Part shown: piece after piece, positions 41,723-51,340 of the stretch
How the letters are laid out: each line of letters opens with the position of its first letter
How positions within the stretch are numbered: position 1 is the stretch's first letter
NCBI GenBank assembly: GCA_030017835.1
Contig: JASEGU010000002.1
Span: 29,248 to 93,247, forward strand
Source of the DNA: Actinomycetota bacterium
Lineage (GTDB): Bacteria; Actinomycetota; Aquicultoria; UBA3085; Oleimmundimicrobiaceae
DNA: 64,000 bases
Reading direction: 5' to 3'
Notes under the pieces: generated by a model
The model's database searches: none
Told to the model about the DNA's origin: nothing
What the model saw: the letters and a program-made list of their open reading frames with translations, nothing else
Program-made: the position numbers and the translations under genes

Positions 41723-42660
41723 GAAATCTCTCGGTCTTGCCTAAGCTTTGAGAGAGCTTCGTTTAGATCATCTGGCAGATCATCCTGAATCATCATCCTT
41801 TCTCCTGTAACGGGGTGATGGAACTCGAGCTTTGAGGCGTGAAGAAACTGCCTTTTTAGTCCAAAATTCCTCTCGTTGGACCCCACTCCGTACTCCATAT
41901 CACCTACGATCGGGTGACCTATGTATCTCATGTGAACCCTTATCTGATGGGTCCGTCCGGTCTCAAGGGTCACCAACAGCAAGGTGTGACCCTTGAGCCT
42001 CTCGATGACCTCAAAATTGGTTACAGCCTCTTTCGAATGGGTTCCGGTTACAGACATCCTCTTGCGGCTCTGAACGCTTCGGCCTATCGGGGCGTCTATC
42101 TTGCCTGCTGCCGTTTCGATTTCGCCGTGAACCAGGGCGACGTAAGACCGCTTTATCCGTCTCTCCTTAAGTGCTTTTACGAGCTCTGTGTGGGTCAAAT
42201 CATCCTTCGCGATGATCATCAAGCCCGAGGTATCCTTATCCAAACGATGAACTATACCGGGACGCAGGGGCCTGCCGATATCCGAGAGTTTTTTGTTCTG
42301 GTACATCAATGCGTTTATGAGGGTGTCCTCCTCCTTTGGGCCGGTTGGATGAACGACGAGACCGGCTTGTTTGGAGATGACCATAAGATGATCATCCTCG
42401 TATTTAACATTGAGTTCGATCTCTGTGGGAACTGGCTCATCTTCGCGGGCCTTCTCCAATAAGACTGATACCACGTCGCCCAGTTTGAGCTTGCTATTCT
42501 TCTGGGCAATTTTATCGTTTATCGTGACAAGACCGTCATTGATGAGCCTTTGAGCGTGAGATCTTGACATTACTCGCTCATCTCTGGAGAGGAGCGCATC
42601 GACCCTCTCGCCCACATCCTCTTGCTTGACAACGAAGCTGACCCGCTCGCTACTTGCCAC
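41719..42660 (-). CDS. rluD: 23S rRNA pseudouridine synthase (RluA family, RluD-like, with an S4 domain)
   Basis: An S4 domain and the RluA catalytic motif HRLDKDTSGLMI. Confidence 0.85.
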   Translation of the reverse strand: MASSERVSFVVKQEDVGERVDALLSRDERVMSRSHAQRLINDGLVTINDKIAQKNSKLKLGDVVSVLLEKAREDEPVPTEIELNVKYEDDHLMVISKQAGLVVHPTGPKEEDTLINALMYQNKKLSDIGRPLRPGIVHRLDKDTSGLMIIAKDDLTHTELVKALKERRIKRSYVALVHGEIETAAGKIDAPIGRSVQSRKRMSVTGTHSKEAVTNFEVIERLKGHTLLLVTLETGRTHQIRVHMRYIGHPIVGDMEYGVGSNERNFGLKRQFLHASKLEFHHPVTGERMMIQDDLPDDLNEALSKLRQDREIS

Positions 42661-43411
42661 TCTTCTTGCCCTCTTTTAATGCGCGCTGGCCCATTAAGAG
42701 AAAGTTCAAAGAGATGAGGAATAAGACCAGACTAATGAGTTGGGCGCCGGTCAGTCCCAAAAAGACGACCTTTGAGACGCGAAAGAATTCGACCAAGAAT
42801 CGGCCGATTGAATAGAGCAGGACAAACAGAGAGAAGCGGCTTCCGGTGGGTAGCTCGGTCTTGAAAAAGAAGAAAAGGTAGATGAATATGGCAAGGTTAT
42901 AAGCAAGATCATAGAGTTGGGTCGGGTGTCTGAAATCTAACAGCCTTGGCAGAATCGAGGCGAAAGCGGGGCTGAGAAGCTTTCCGTAGCAGCAACCATT
43001 AAAGAAACAGCCAATCCTGCCTATCGCACCGCCAAGGGCAAGTGAAGGAGCCAGGGCGTCTGCAACTTTGAGGATTGGAAGACCCCTCCTTTTAAGAAAC
43101 CAGTAGACAGCAAATGACCCTCCGGCCAAGCCGCCATAGAAGATGAGACCCTCCTGGATCGATAGAAGCCGCAGCGGGCTTGCCAGATAAAACCCAGGGT
43201 GAGTTGCGATGTATAGAAGCCTTGCCCCCAATATGCCGCCTATGGCGGCATAAATGATAAGATCGTAAGTTAGGCTGGGGTCTAGGCCCCTCTCTTTCAA
43301 ATCGTGCGCAATTAGAAAGAACGAGATGAGAAAGGCTAGGGCGAGAAAAAATCCATATGAATATACTGATATCGGACCGAGTTGAATCAGAATCGGTCTC
43401 ATGTTAAGCAT
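42650..43411 (-). CDS. lgt: Prolipoprotein diacylglyceryl transferase
   Basis: The Lgt signature (GARLxY, GxxxGRxGCFxxGCC). Confidence 0.85.
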   Translation of the reverse strand: MLNMRPILIQLGPISVYSYGFFLALAFLISFFLIAHDLKERGLDPSLTYDLIIYAAIGGILGARLLYIATHPGFYLASPLRLLSIQEGLIFYGGLAGGSFAVYWFLKRRGLPILKVADALAPSLALGGAIGRIGCFFNGCCYGKLLSPAFASILPRLLDFRHPTQLYDLAYNLAIFIYLFFFFKTELPTGSRFSLFVLLYSIGRFLVEFFRVSKVVFLGLTGAQLISLVLFLISLNFLLMGQRALKEGKKSGK

Positions 43412-43925
43412 CCCCTCTTTTTGGGCTAAAGTTGGGCTCTTTAGATAAAATCATGATGAGAAGCATGGCGACGCCGATTGAAATGGCTGCGTCGCCTAGG
43501 TTGAAAACGGGCCAGAAACGAAAGTCCAAAAAATCTGTCACCCTACCTGACGCAAGCCTTTCGACAAGATTGCCCAAGGCCCCCCCAATCAAAAGGCCGA
43601 TGGCGATTCTTTGAAACCTGCTAAGAAGCCTGCTCGTATGATTGTAGAAGATTAAAAGAGATATTGCGATAAGAGATATTGCGATAAGGACATCACTTCT
43701 TCCGGCAAAAATCCCGAAGGCAGCACCACTATTTTGGATATGAGTCAGATGAAATACTTTATCTATAACCGGAACGCTAACTCCTTCTTGCAGGCACCTC
43801 TTGACCGCAAACTTTGCCGCCTGATCGATGGCGAAAATTGGTAGAGCGACCAAATAGACCAGATAGGTTCCGGTTGGATGGTTGAAAACTTTCTTTACCA
43901 GTTCTTCTCTTCTTTCTTCTTGCAA
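43404..43925 (-). CDS. lspA: Lipoprotein signal peptidase II
   Basis: The LspA family motifs (NxGAAFG, FNLGD). Confidence 0.85.
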   Translation of the reverse strand: MQEERREELVKKVFNHPTGTYLVYLVALPIFAIDQAAKFAVKRCLQEGVSVPVIDKVFHLTHIQNSGAAFGIFAGRSDVLIAISLIAISLLIFYNHTSRLLSRFQRIAIGLLIGGALGNLVERLASGRVTDFLDFRFWPVFNLGDAAISIGVAMLLIMILSKEPNFSPKRGDA

Positions 43926-44266
43926 TCCAAGCAGAGGTCGACGTAGGGGAGAGCTTTGAGCCTAGCAGGATCTATCTCATTGCCACAGACTACGCATTTT
44001 CCGTAGACCCCCTTGCCCAGGCGGATCAAAGACTCTTCGACCCTGGACAAGAGGTCCCTTATGTTTCTCTCCAACGAGAGATCCTTCTCCCTCTCGAACG
44101 TCGCTGTGCCACAGTCAGCAAAGTTATCTTCATACGAGTTCTCGCCGGTCATTTCCGACTGTGTCTGCTTCATGTTATCTTCCTCGATCACCTTAAGATC
44201 GGCCTCAAGACGGACCTTCTCTTCTTTGAGCCTCTCCTTCAAAACCTCAAGTCTTTTCTCGTCCAC
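43895..44266 (-). CDS. DksA/TraR-family C4 zinc-finger protein; probable GTG start just downstream of the ileS stop
   Basis: CVVCGNEIDPARLKALPYVDLCLDCKK. The ORF as listed overlaps ileS by 80 nt, and a GTG at 44266 gives a 123-aa product of typical size. Confidence 0.6.
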   Translation of the reverse strand: MDEKRLEVLKERLKEEKVRLEADLKVIEEDNMKQTQSEMTGENSYEDNFADCGTATFEREKDLSLERNIRDLLSRVEESLIRLGKGVYGKCVVCGNEIDPARLKALPYVDLCLDCKKKEEKNW

Positions 44267-44292
44267 TTCAGGCCTCCCTTGTTTTTTTCTAG

Positions 44293-47070
44293 CTAACTGA
44301 TAGCATCCAAACAACGCGAGCATATGCCAAGATGGTTTTGATCCTCGCCGACGTTCTTTCTGAAATTCCAGCACCTCTCACACTTCTGACCAAATGCCTT
44401 AGTCACCAATATATAGGCGCCGGAGGTCTCTTCGCTTAGTTTGGCTTCGCTTGGAATATCGTCAGTGCTTGAGTGAATCTTTACAGATGATACTATGAAA
44501 ATCATTGCAAGGATATCTTCGTAGGCGATAAGGAAATCCTTCATATTTGGATTTACGTAGAGGCTCACCTCGGCCTCTAGAGAGTTTCCTATCAGCTTGG
44601 CCGTCCTTGCAGCCTCAAGACTGCGAAGGACGTCGCTCCTTAGTTTCAAGAGCTTTTCGAATCTCTCCTCGATCCCTTTGTCTACGAGATCATCTTGGCA
44701 CGAGGGCCAATCGGTAAGTTGCGGGCTTATCGAGTCCTTGAATGATTCGGGTAAACATGCCCAGGCATCCTCGGCTGTGAAGGATAGGATGGGCGCAAGC
44801 AGTTCTATCAGGGTCATTAGGATCTTGTATAGAGCCGTCTGGGATGAACGACGCGCCATCGAGCCGGCCTTATAAGTGTAGAGACCGTCCTTTAAGACGT
44901 CTAGATAGAAAGAACTCAACTCCAGTACGCAGAAATTATAGATGGAGTGGAAGACGAGATGGAACTTAAACTCGTCATAGGCCTGAGTTACCGTATTTAT
45001 CAACCCCTGAAGTCGGCTTAGGGCCCATCTATCAATTTCGCTTAAATCATTCCTCTCCAAAAAGTCGATCTTTGGGTTGAAGTCATAGAGATTTCCCATC
45101 AAGAACCTTAAGGTATTTCTGATGCGCCTGTATGCCTCCGAGATCCTGTCCAATATCTCGCTCGATATGGCGATATCCGAGCCATAATCGGCGGAGCTTA
45201 CCCAGAGGCGCAAGATGTCCGCCCCAGACTCCCTGGTCACTTCCAGCGGGTCTACGACGTTGCCAAGAGACTTGGACATCTTGCGCCCCTGTCCGTCAAC
45301 CAGAAAACCGTGAGTTAAGACCGTCTTAAAGGGTGCCCTATCGAAAGCTCCAAGCGATGTTAAAAGAGATGACTGAAACCAACCTCTGTGTTGATCGCTT
45401 CCCTCCAAATAAAGCTCTGCGGGCCAACTTAAGTCATCTCGCTTCTTAAGGACTGCCACGTGACTTACGCCAGACTCAAACCAGACGTCTAAGATATCTT
45501 CTTCTTTTTTGAATTCAGATTTGCCGCATTTTGGACATATGGTACCCTTGGGCAAGATCTCGCTTTCCGGCCGCTCAAACCAGGAATCTGCGCCCTCTCG
45601 CTCAAAGAGATCCTTGACAGCTCCAATGGTCTCCTTGGTTATAAGTTCTTCATTGCATTCTTGGCAGAAGAAGGCTGGTATCGGTACCCCCCACGACCGC
45701 TGACGTGATATACACCAATCGGGCCTCTCCTCAATCATCGAGAGGATCCTCTTCTTGCTCCAAGCGGGCACCCAATCGACCAGCTCAATCTCTTTTAGGG
45801 CTTTTTGCCTGAGGTTTGCATCATCCATTGAAACAAACCACTGTTCGGTGGCCCTGAAGATAACAGGTTTCTTGCACCGCCAACAATGGGGATATGAATG
45901 AGTTATCGAGCTCGATGAGAGGAGCAGCCCCTTCTCTTCCAAGTCGGAAATTATTTCGCCATTCGCTTCCTTGATATGTTTTCCGGAGTACTTGCCCCCC
46001 TCCTTTGTGAAGAAACCGTCATCATCGACCGGCATAACTATATCAAGCTGATTATTGAGACCGATCAGGTAATCGTCTTGACCATGACCCGGAGCGATAT
46101 GGACGCAGCCGCTACCGGTATCCAAGCTGACGAAATCGGCAAGGACTACTCTGGAATGCCTTGACATAAACGGGTGATTGAAGCTCGCGCTCAAGAGATC
46201 CCTGCCGCTGAAGGTAGCGACAATTTCATGATCATTTTCATCAAGAACCGACTCGATTAGTTCCTTGGCCATTATCAAGATTTCGCCGCCCAATTTGGCG
46301 GCTACATATAGCGATTTAGGATGAACGGCGATGGCCATGTTGGCCGGAAGAGTCCAAGGGGTGGTCGTCCATATGACGATATAAGCAGGAAGACCCCCAC
46401 GATTAAGTTTTTCAAATTCGCCCTCCATGGGAAACTTCACAAAGATGGAGGTGGAGACTTCGTCAGAGTACTCTATCTCGGCCTCTGCGAGTGCGGTCTT
46501 GCAATTATAACACCAGTGAATCGGCTTTCTGCCCTTATAAATATGACCCCGCTCATAGAGCTCTCCAAATACCTCTATGTTGGTCGCTTCGTATTTCTTG
46601 TCCAAGGTGAGATAGGGATGGTCGAAATCGCCCCTGACGCCCAGCCTCTTAAATTGATCGGCCTGTTTTTGGACGAAATCCATGGCGTAATCTCTGCATA
46701 GCCTTCTCAAAGTAAGCTTGTCGATTGTCGATTTCTTTTCACCAAGAGATTTTTCCACGTTGTGTTCGATCGGTTGGCCATGGCAATCCCAACCTGGAAC
46801 ATAGGGACTGCTGAAGCCATTCATGCTCTTGTATTTTACTATTATGTCTTTTAAGACCTTGTTTAAGGTATGACCCAGATGAATGTTGCCATTGGCATAT
46901 GGCGGGCCGTCATGAAGTATGTACTCCTTAGCCCCGGCCCTCTTCTCGGCCACCAGGCGATAGATGTCGATCTCATCCCAGAATTTCATAATCTCCGGTT
47001 CTCTGGTTGCCAGATTGGCCTTCATTGAGAATTCGGTTTTGGGAAGATTTAAAGTATTCTTATAATCCAT
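44293..47070 (-). CDS. ileS: Isoleucyl-tRNA synthetase (start at the internal Met of MDYKNTLNLPKTEF)
   Basis: HIGH (PYANGNIHLGH), KMSKS (KMSKSLGN) and a C-terminal Zn-finger (CERCWN...CSRC). Confidence 0.95.
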   Translation of the reverse strand: MDYKNTLNLPKTEFSMKANLATREPEIMKFWDEIDIYRLVAEKRAGAKEYILHDGPPYANGNIHLGHTLNKVLKDIIVKYKSMNGFSSPYVPGWDCHGQPIEHNVEKSLGEKKSTIDKLTLRRLCRDYAMDFVQKQADQFKRLGVRGDFDHPYLTLDKKYEATNIEVFGELYERGHIYKGRKPIHWCYNCKTALAEAEIEYSDEVSTSIFVKFPMEGEFEKLNRGGLPAYIVIWTTTPWTLPANMAIAVHPKSLYVAAKLGGEILIMAKELIESVLDENDHEIVATFSGRDLLSASFNHPFMSRHSRVVLADFVSLDTGSGCVHIAPGHGQDDYLIGLNNQLDIVMPVDDDGFFTKEGGKYSGKHIKEANGEIISDLEEKGLLLSSSSITHSYPHCWRCKKPVIFRATEQWFVSMDDANLRQKALKEIELVDWVPAWSKKRILSMIEERPDWCISRQRSWGVPIPAFFCQECNEELITKETIGAVKDLFEREGADSWFERPESEILPKGTICPKCGKSEFKKEEDILDVWFESGVSHVAVLKKRDDLSWPAELYLEGSDQHRGWFQSSLLTSLGAFDRAPFKTVLTHGFLVDGQGRKMSKSLGNVVDPLEVTRESGADILRLWVSSADYGSDIAISSEILDRISEAYRRIRNTLRFLMGNLYDFNPKIDFLERNDLSEIDRWALSRLQGLINTVTQAYDEFKFHLVFHSIYNFCVLELSSFYLDVLKDGLYTYKAGSMARRSSQTALYKILMTLIELLAPILSFTAEDAWACLPESFKDSISPQLTDWPSCQDDLVDKGIEERFEKLLKLRSDVLRSLEAARTAKLIGNSLEAEVSLYVNPNMKDFLIAYEDILAMIFIVSSVKIHSSTDDIPSEAKLSEETSGAYILVTKAFGQKCERCWNFRKNVGEDQNHLGICSRCLDAIS

Positions 47071-47177
47071 CAAGAACTCCGTTCGAAAGCGATTGGTTGT
47101 AAAAAAATGCCTTTTTAACTTAGGTTTTACAAAAATTATCACAGCTTAAATCGAAAGTCAAACGACCGAAAAGGGAT

Positions 47178-47513
47178 TTAAGAAAGGATGCCGTCCTCAC
47201 CGACCCTAGCCAGAAATAGCTCTTTCAGCTCCGCAAGACTAAGTCCAAATAGGGCGACTTTTTTGCTTTTGGAGCTGCACCCCGATTCGATCAAGACGCT
47301 AGACTTTGGGATCTTAAGCATTTTGGAGAGGGTGGCTATCAGCTCTTGGTTGGCCTTGTCATCAACAGCGGGGGATATTAGCTTTGCGCGAAGCTCTCCC
47401 TCATCGGTCAGAGAGAACGATCTTTTAGCCGAAGAGGGTCTTACAAGCACCTTGAGGAGCAAGGAATCTTCTCGCTCGGTAACCTTTAGCCCCTTGAATT
47501 TTTTGATATCCAT
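47178..47513 (-). CDS. DUF167 (YggU/UPF0235) family protein
   Basis: The signature KANxELI..L...L.V.KS.V.I..G..S..K.V. Confidence 0.7.
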   Translation of the reverse strand: MDIKKFKGLKVTEREDSLLLKVLVRPSSAKRSFSLTDEGELRAKLISPAVDDKANQELIATLSKMLKIPKSSVLIESGCSSKSKKVALFGLSLAELKELFLARVGEDGILS

Positions 47514-47519
47514 GATGGT

Positions 47520-48149
47520 TTAGGAATCTTTGAGGAAGTCTATTCTTGGTCCATCAGCCAGGAAGTTGGGGAGGATCTCCCCATTTTGAGAAGGGGGGGG
47601 GGTTGCGTTCTTGTCGGTCGCATTCGACCCTGCTCCTTCATCCTCCTCGTGGGTTGGTGAAGCATTTGAGGGCGAAATTATGTTTAAGGCTTCCATCTTG
47701 GACTCCTCTACCCTAACCGCCTCGTCCAGCTTGATCAGAAAGCCATCGATGAATGATTGGAACTTGGTCTTGAAATCATTCTTTATCTCTAGCATATCGG
47801 CCATCGATTTTGCGATCTTGTTTCGTTCCTCTTCGGCCCGGGAGATTACTATTTTTGCCCTCATCTCCGTGTCCTTGGCCATGAGCTCGGCCTCTCTCTT
47901 CACTTTGATTTGGACGTCTTCGGCCGTCTTTTGAGCATTTAAGAGCGTCTCCTGAATGGTGTTCTCCATCCTCTCGTAGGACTTTATCTTGTCCTGAAGC
48001 TCGATGAGCCTGGTCTTGAGTTCGTCCCTCTCCTCAATCATCCGCTCAATAGCAAGAGCCACCTCATCCAAGAAGACATCTACCTCTTCTTCGTTATAGC
48101 CTCGCATCGAGCGTTTGAATTCTTTTTGATGGATGTCTTTAGGATCCAA
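47520..48149 (-). CDS. divIVA: DivIVA-domain cell-division protein
   Basis: N-terminal DIHQKEFKRSMRGYNEEEVDVFLDEV and a coiled-coil. It contains a G10 homopolymer at 47588-47597. Confidence 0.8.
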   Translation of the reverse strand: MDPKDIHQKEFKRSMRGYNEEEVDVFLDEVALAIERMIEERDELKTRLIELQDKIKSYERMENTIQETLLNAQKTAEDVQIKVKREAELMAKDTEMRAKIVISRAEEERNKIAKSMADMLEIKNDFKTKFQSFIDGFLIKLDEAVRVEESKMEALNIISPSNASPTHEEDEGAGSNATDKNATPPPSQNGEILPNFLADGPRIDFLKDS

Positions 48150-48183
48150 TCTTAAACCCTTTCAGTCGACCAAATAACACTCT

Positions 48184-48486
48184 TTAGATACTAAGTCTGA
48201 TGAGGATGGCAAATACTAGTTGCTGAAGGAATGATAACAAAAAAATCGCGATTATTGGAGAGATATCTAAGCCGACCGAACCCATCGTTATGAGCGGAAT
48301 CCTCTTCCTGAGAAAGGATAAGAGCGGCTCTGTCAGATCATAGACGAACTGATAGATCTTTCTAATGGGGCCTTCTGAAGGACTGGGCACCCACGACATC
48401 AAGATCCTTATTATTAAAAGCCAATAATAAGCACGGAATGCTATCTCGATAAAATTGAATATCGGTTGTCTGTAAAAGGTCATCAC
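48184..48486 (-). CDS. YggT/YlmG-family membrane protein
   Basis: The YGGT motif region (YWLLIIRILMSWVP) and a position within the ylm cluster. Confidence 0.75.
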   Translation of the reverse strand: MMTFYRQPIFNFIEIAFRAYYWLLIIRILMSWVPSPSEGPIRKIYQFVYDLTEPLLSFLRKRIPLITMGSVGLDISPIIAIFLLSFLQQLVFAILIRLSI

Positions 48487-49292
48487 ACCTCCGTCTGCCC
48501 GAGCTCTTTGGCCCTTTCGAATGCCGCCTTAACGGCCGAATCAACCATGCCTTTAAAGCCATTTGCTTCGAAAGATTTTAGGGCCGCTTCGGTGGTTCCA
48601 CTTGGAGAGGCGACCATCTTGATCAACTCTTCCAGACTCATGTTCGTCTCCTTGGCCATCTTTGCGGAGCCAAGCATGGTTTGAAGGATGAGCTTCTTTG
48701 CCATCGCCAAATCTATCCCAAGATCGACGCCTGTCTCTATCAAATGTTTGGCAAACAAATAAAAATAGGCGGGGCCGGAACCGCTAAGGGCGGTTATCAA
48801 ATCCTGGAGCTCTTCGCCAACCGTGACAATCTCACCAACCCCAAGAAGTATCCGTTCGATCGTCTCTTTAGCCTCTCTGGCCATCTCCTTGTCGAAGGTG
48901 ATGGCCGAAATTCCGGCCCCAAGTAGAGCCGGATTGTTGGGCATGACCCTGACCACCTTGGAGCCATCGGTTAGAAGGGATTTTATCGTAGTCGTCTTTA
49001 GCCCCGCAACTATCGAAAGGAGGACTTTGTCAGCGGTCAACTCGTGCGATACCTCGGAAAGCACCCCTTTGGCATCTTGCGGCTTGACAGCCAAGATAAC
49101 GATATCGACAACCCTTGCCGCCTCTTTGGCGCTCCTGATGGGTCTTGCGCCATAAGCCTCATGAAGCTCTTTAAGCCTCTCCTCTTTGATGTCGAAGATA
49201 TGAATATCCTCAGCCTGCAGAGTATTTGACTCTATTATCCCCTTCAAAAGGGCTTCGCACATCCTGCCGGCGCCGATGAAAGAAACGACCAT
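48483..49292 (-). CDS. proC: Pyrroline-5-carboxylate reductase
   Basis: An NADP Rossmann fold (FIGAGRMCEAL) and the P5CR dimerisation domain. Confidence 0.85.
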   Translation of the reverse strand: MVVSFIGAGRMCEALLKGIIESNTLQAEDIHIFDIKEERLKELHEAYGARPIRSAKEAARVVDIVILAVKPQDAKGVLSEVSHELTADKVLLSIVAGLKTTTIKSLLTDGSKVVRVMPNNPALLGAGISAITFDKEMAREAKETIERILLGVGEIVTVGEELQDLITALSGSGPAYFYLFAKHLIETGVDLGIDLAMAKKLILQTMLGSAKMAKETNMSLEELIKMVASPSGTTEAALKSFEANGFKGMVDSAVKAAFERAKELGQTEV

Positions 49293-49300
49293 AAGACCTC

Positions 49301-49822
49301 TCAGATAAGACCGTTCGATTGATTATAGAGACCCTTTTCGCGGAGCCTGCGATGTTCCTCGGCCGAGACCTGAACGTTTGCCGGAGTAATCAGAAAAACG
49401 CGATCGGCCACTTTCTGTATGCCGCCATCAAGTCCGTAGGTCAAGCCGCTTGCGAAATCGATAAGCCTCTTTGATGTCTCTTGATCTAAAAACTGCAAAT
49501 TGATTATTACAGGAATGCTGGCCTTAAACCTGTCTGAGATGTTCTGAGCATCGTTGAATGACTTTGGCTCCACGATATGAACCCTAGGCTGGGGCGGGCC
49601 TATCGTCCTAAGTGGAGGTGGCTCTTGAGCTCTTATTGGCTCGCTTGGCTGATAATCGGGCATGCTTCTTTCGACCCTCTTTACCGACCTAGATAGATAG
49701 GGGTCTTCGTAAGAATACTCCTCGTCTAAGCCCATGTCATCAAACTCATCATATTCATCATCTTCAACTAGCCCGAAGTAGGCCATCGTCCTTCTGAAGA
49801 TCCCGCTCATTTGGCCATGCAC
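49301..49822 (-). CDS. sepF: Cell division protein SepF. The true start may be an internal Met at 49810 or 49786; the ORF as listed overlaps yggS by 16 nt.
   Basis: The DUF552 core (VRVVEPKSFNDAQNISDRFKASIPVIINL) and the acidic N-terminal region FGLVEDDEYDEF. Confidence 0.8.
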   Translation of the reverse strand: MHGQMSGIFRRTMAYFGLVEDDEYDEFDDMGLDEEYSYEDPYLSRSVKRVERSMPDYQPSEPIRAQEPPPLRTIGPPQPRVHIVEPKSFNDAQNISDRFKASIPVIINLQFLDQETSKRLIDFASGLTYGLDGGIQKVADRVFLITPANVQVSAEEHRRLREKGLYNQSNGLI

Positions 49823-50508
49823 CCCCTAGCGCCAAAAATTCCTGTTCCTATTCTAACCATATTTGCCCCTTCTTCAATAGCTATCTTATAATCCTGACTC
49901 ATGCCCATCGATAAGATAGTCATCTCCTCTTTTAGGACTTTAAGATCGTTGATTTCGTCCATAAGCGATCTCAGCCTTCTAAAAAAATCCCTATTCAACT
50001 CGGGATCTGATTGAAGCGGAGGGACGGTCATCAAGCCCTTTATCCTTATGTTTTTGAGTTCACTTAAATTTTTCAAGAAATCTTTTGCCACATCTGGATC
50101 GAAACCGAATTTGCTCTTCTCTTTTGATACGTTTATCTCTAAAAGAACATCTTGAACTTTTCCGACCCTTTTGGCCTCACTGTCTATCGCCTCGGCTAGC
50201 CTGAGTGAATCGACCGAATGAATCATATCTGCAATCCCTATTATTTTCTTAACTTTATTCCTTTGCAAGTGTCCGATAAAGTGCCACCTGGCCTTCGGGC
50301 CAATCTTTCCAAATTTTTCAACCATTTCCTCCGCCCGATTTTCTCCGATATCGATGACCCCGGCCGATATGGCTTCCATCACCTCATTGCTCGAGACGGC
50401 CTTCGCAGCCGCCACGATGGTGAGCTCTTTTGTGGGTAGATTCGAATGGCTTAGAGCCTCTTTAGCTTGTCTCTTTATTTCGGATACGTTCTTGGCTATT
50501 TCTCTCAT
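49807..50508 (-). CDS. yggS: YggS/YlmE-family PLP homeostasis protein
   Basis: An alanine-racemase-like TIM barrel with a PLP lysine (VAAAKAVS...). Confidence 0.85.
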   Translation of the reverse strand: MREIAKNVSEIKRQAKEALSHSNLPTKELTIVAAAKAVSSNEVMEAISAGVIDIGENRAEEMVEKFGKIGPKARWHFIGHLQRNKVKKIIGIADMIHSVDSLRLAEAIDSEAKRVGKVQDVLLEINVSKEKSKFGFDPDVAKDFLKNLSELKNIRIKGLMTVPPLQSDPELNRDFFRRLRSLMDEINDLKVLKEEMTILSMGMSQDYKIAIEEGANMVRIGTGIFGARGCMAK

Positions 50509-50509
50509 C

Positions 50510-51319
50510 CTACGTAAGGACCGCTATCGCGGCCATGCGGCCGGTTTTGCCTCCCTCCCTGCGATACGAAAAACACCTCAAATCGCTTACTGTACACGTT
50601 CGAGCGGAATAGACATTTTCAGGGCCAATACCGGCCATAAGAAGTTGTAGGATATTTATATATTCCAGATCCAAATGTCTCCTACCCCCTTGATGATCGG
50701 GATCTAAAGAGAATTTTGTAACGAACTCATCATGAAGCTCTTTTGAAACCTCATAACAGGACCCCGAGATGGCCGGACCGAAGAAAGCCAAAATCTTGGC
50801 TGGCGCAAGCCCGAAGGAGGAGACCATCTCACCGCAAGCCCTCTTAGTTATCTCCGATAGGCTTCCCTTCCAGCCAGCGTGAACGACTGATATGACTCGC
50901 CTCTTCGGCTCAACCAATATTATCGGCACACAATCGGCTGTAAGGACAATTATCGGAAGGTCTTTGCTCCCGGTCACCAGAGCATCTGTGGCAGCGACCG
51001 TTTGGCCACATTCATCCATTATGATATCGTCGCCAAGACAGGGGAGAGATCGAACCTCGCTTCCATGAACCTGTTCGCAAAAAGTCATCTTGGATGGATT
51101 GAGGGAGAATACGTCGGCGACTTTCATTCTGTTTCTTATGACATCCTTTAAGTCGTCGCCGACATGGCTTGCCAGATTCAAGGAGTCAAAAGGGATCTTG
51201 CTAAAACCTCCGGCCCTTAAGGTAAAGAGGACTCTTATCGAGTGGTCTTTCATCAGTTTGGGTGAAACGAAATACTCAATGCCTTGACTTAAGCAGAGCT
51301 TGAGACCATATTTTCCCAT
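50510..51319 (-). CDS. pgeF: YfiH/PgeF (YlmD) family purine nucleoside phosphorylase / peptidoglycan editing factor
   Basis: DUF152 motifs (TADCVPI, HAGWKG). Confidence 0.8.
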   Translation of the reverse strand: MGKYGLKLCLSQGIEYFVSPKLMKDHSIRVLFTLRAGGFSKIPFDSLNLASHVGDDLKDVIRNRMKVADVFSLNPSKMTFCEQVHGSEVRSLPCLGDDIIMDECGQTVAATDALVTGSKDLPIIVLTADCVPIILVEPKRRVISVVHAGWKGSLSEITKRACGEMVSSFGLAPAKILAFFGPAISGSCYEVSKELHDEFVTKFSLDPDHQGGRRHLDLEYINILQLLMAGIGPENVYSARTCTVSDLRCFSYRREGGKTGRMAAIAVLT

Positions 51320-51340
51320 CTCATTAATATACCGTCTCTC

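Noticed and set aside
47071-47177. Possible T-box leader upstream of ileS
   Set aside because: Only about 107 nt separate ileS from the upstream gene, which is far too short for a T-box riboswitch (about 250-300 nt). No specifier or T-box consensus is visible, and only a plausible TTGACT-17-TAATTT promoter appears.
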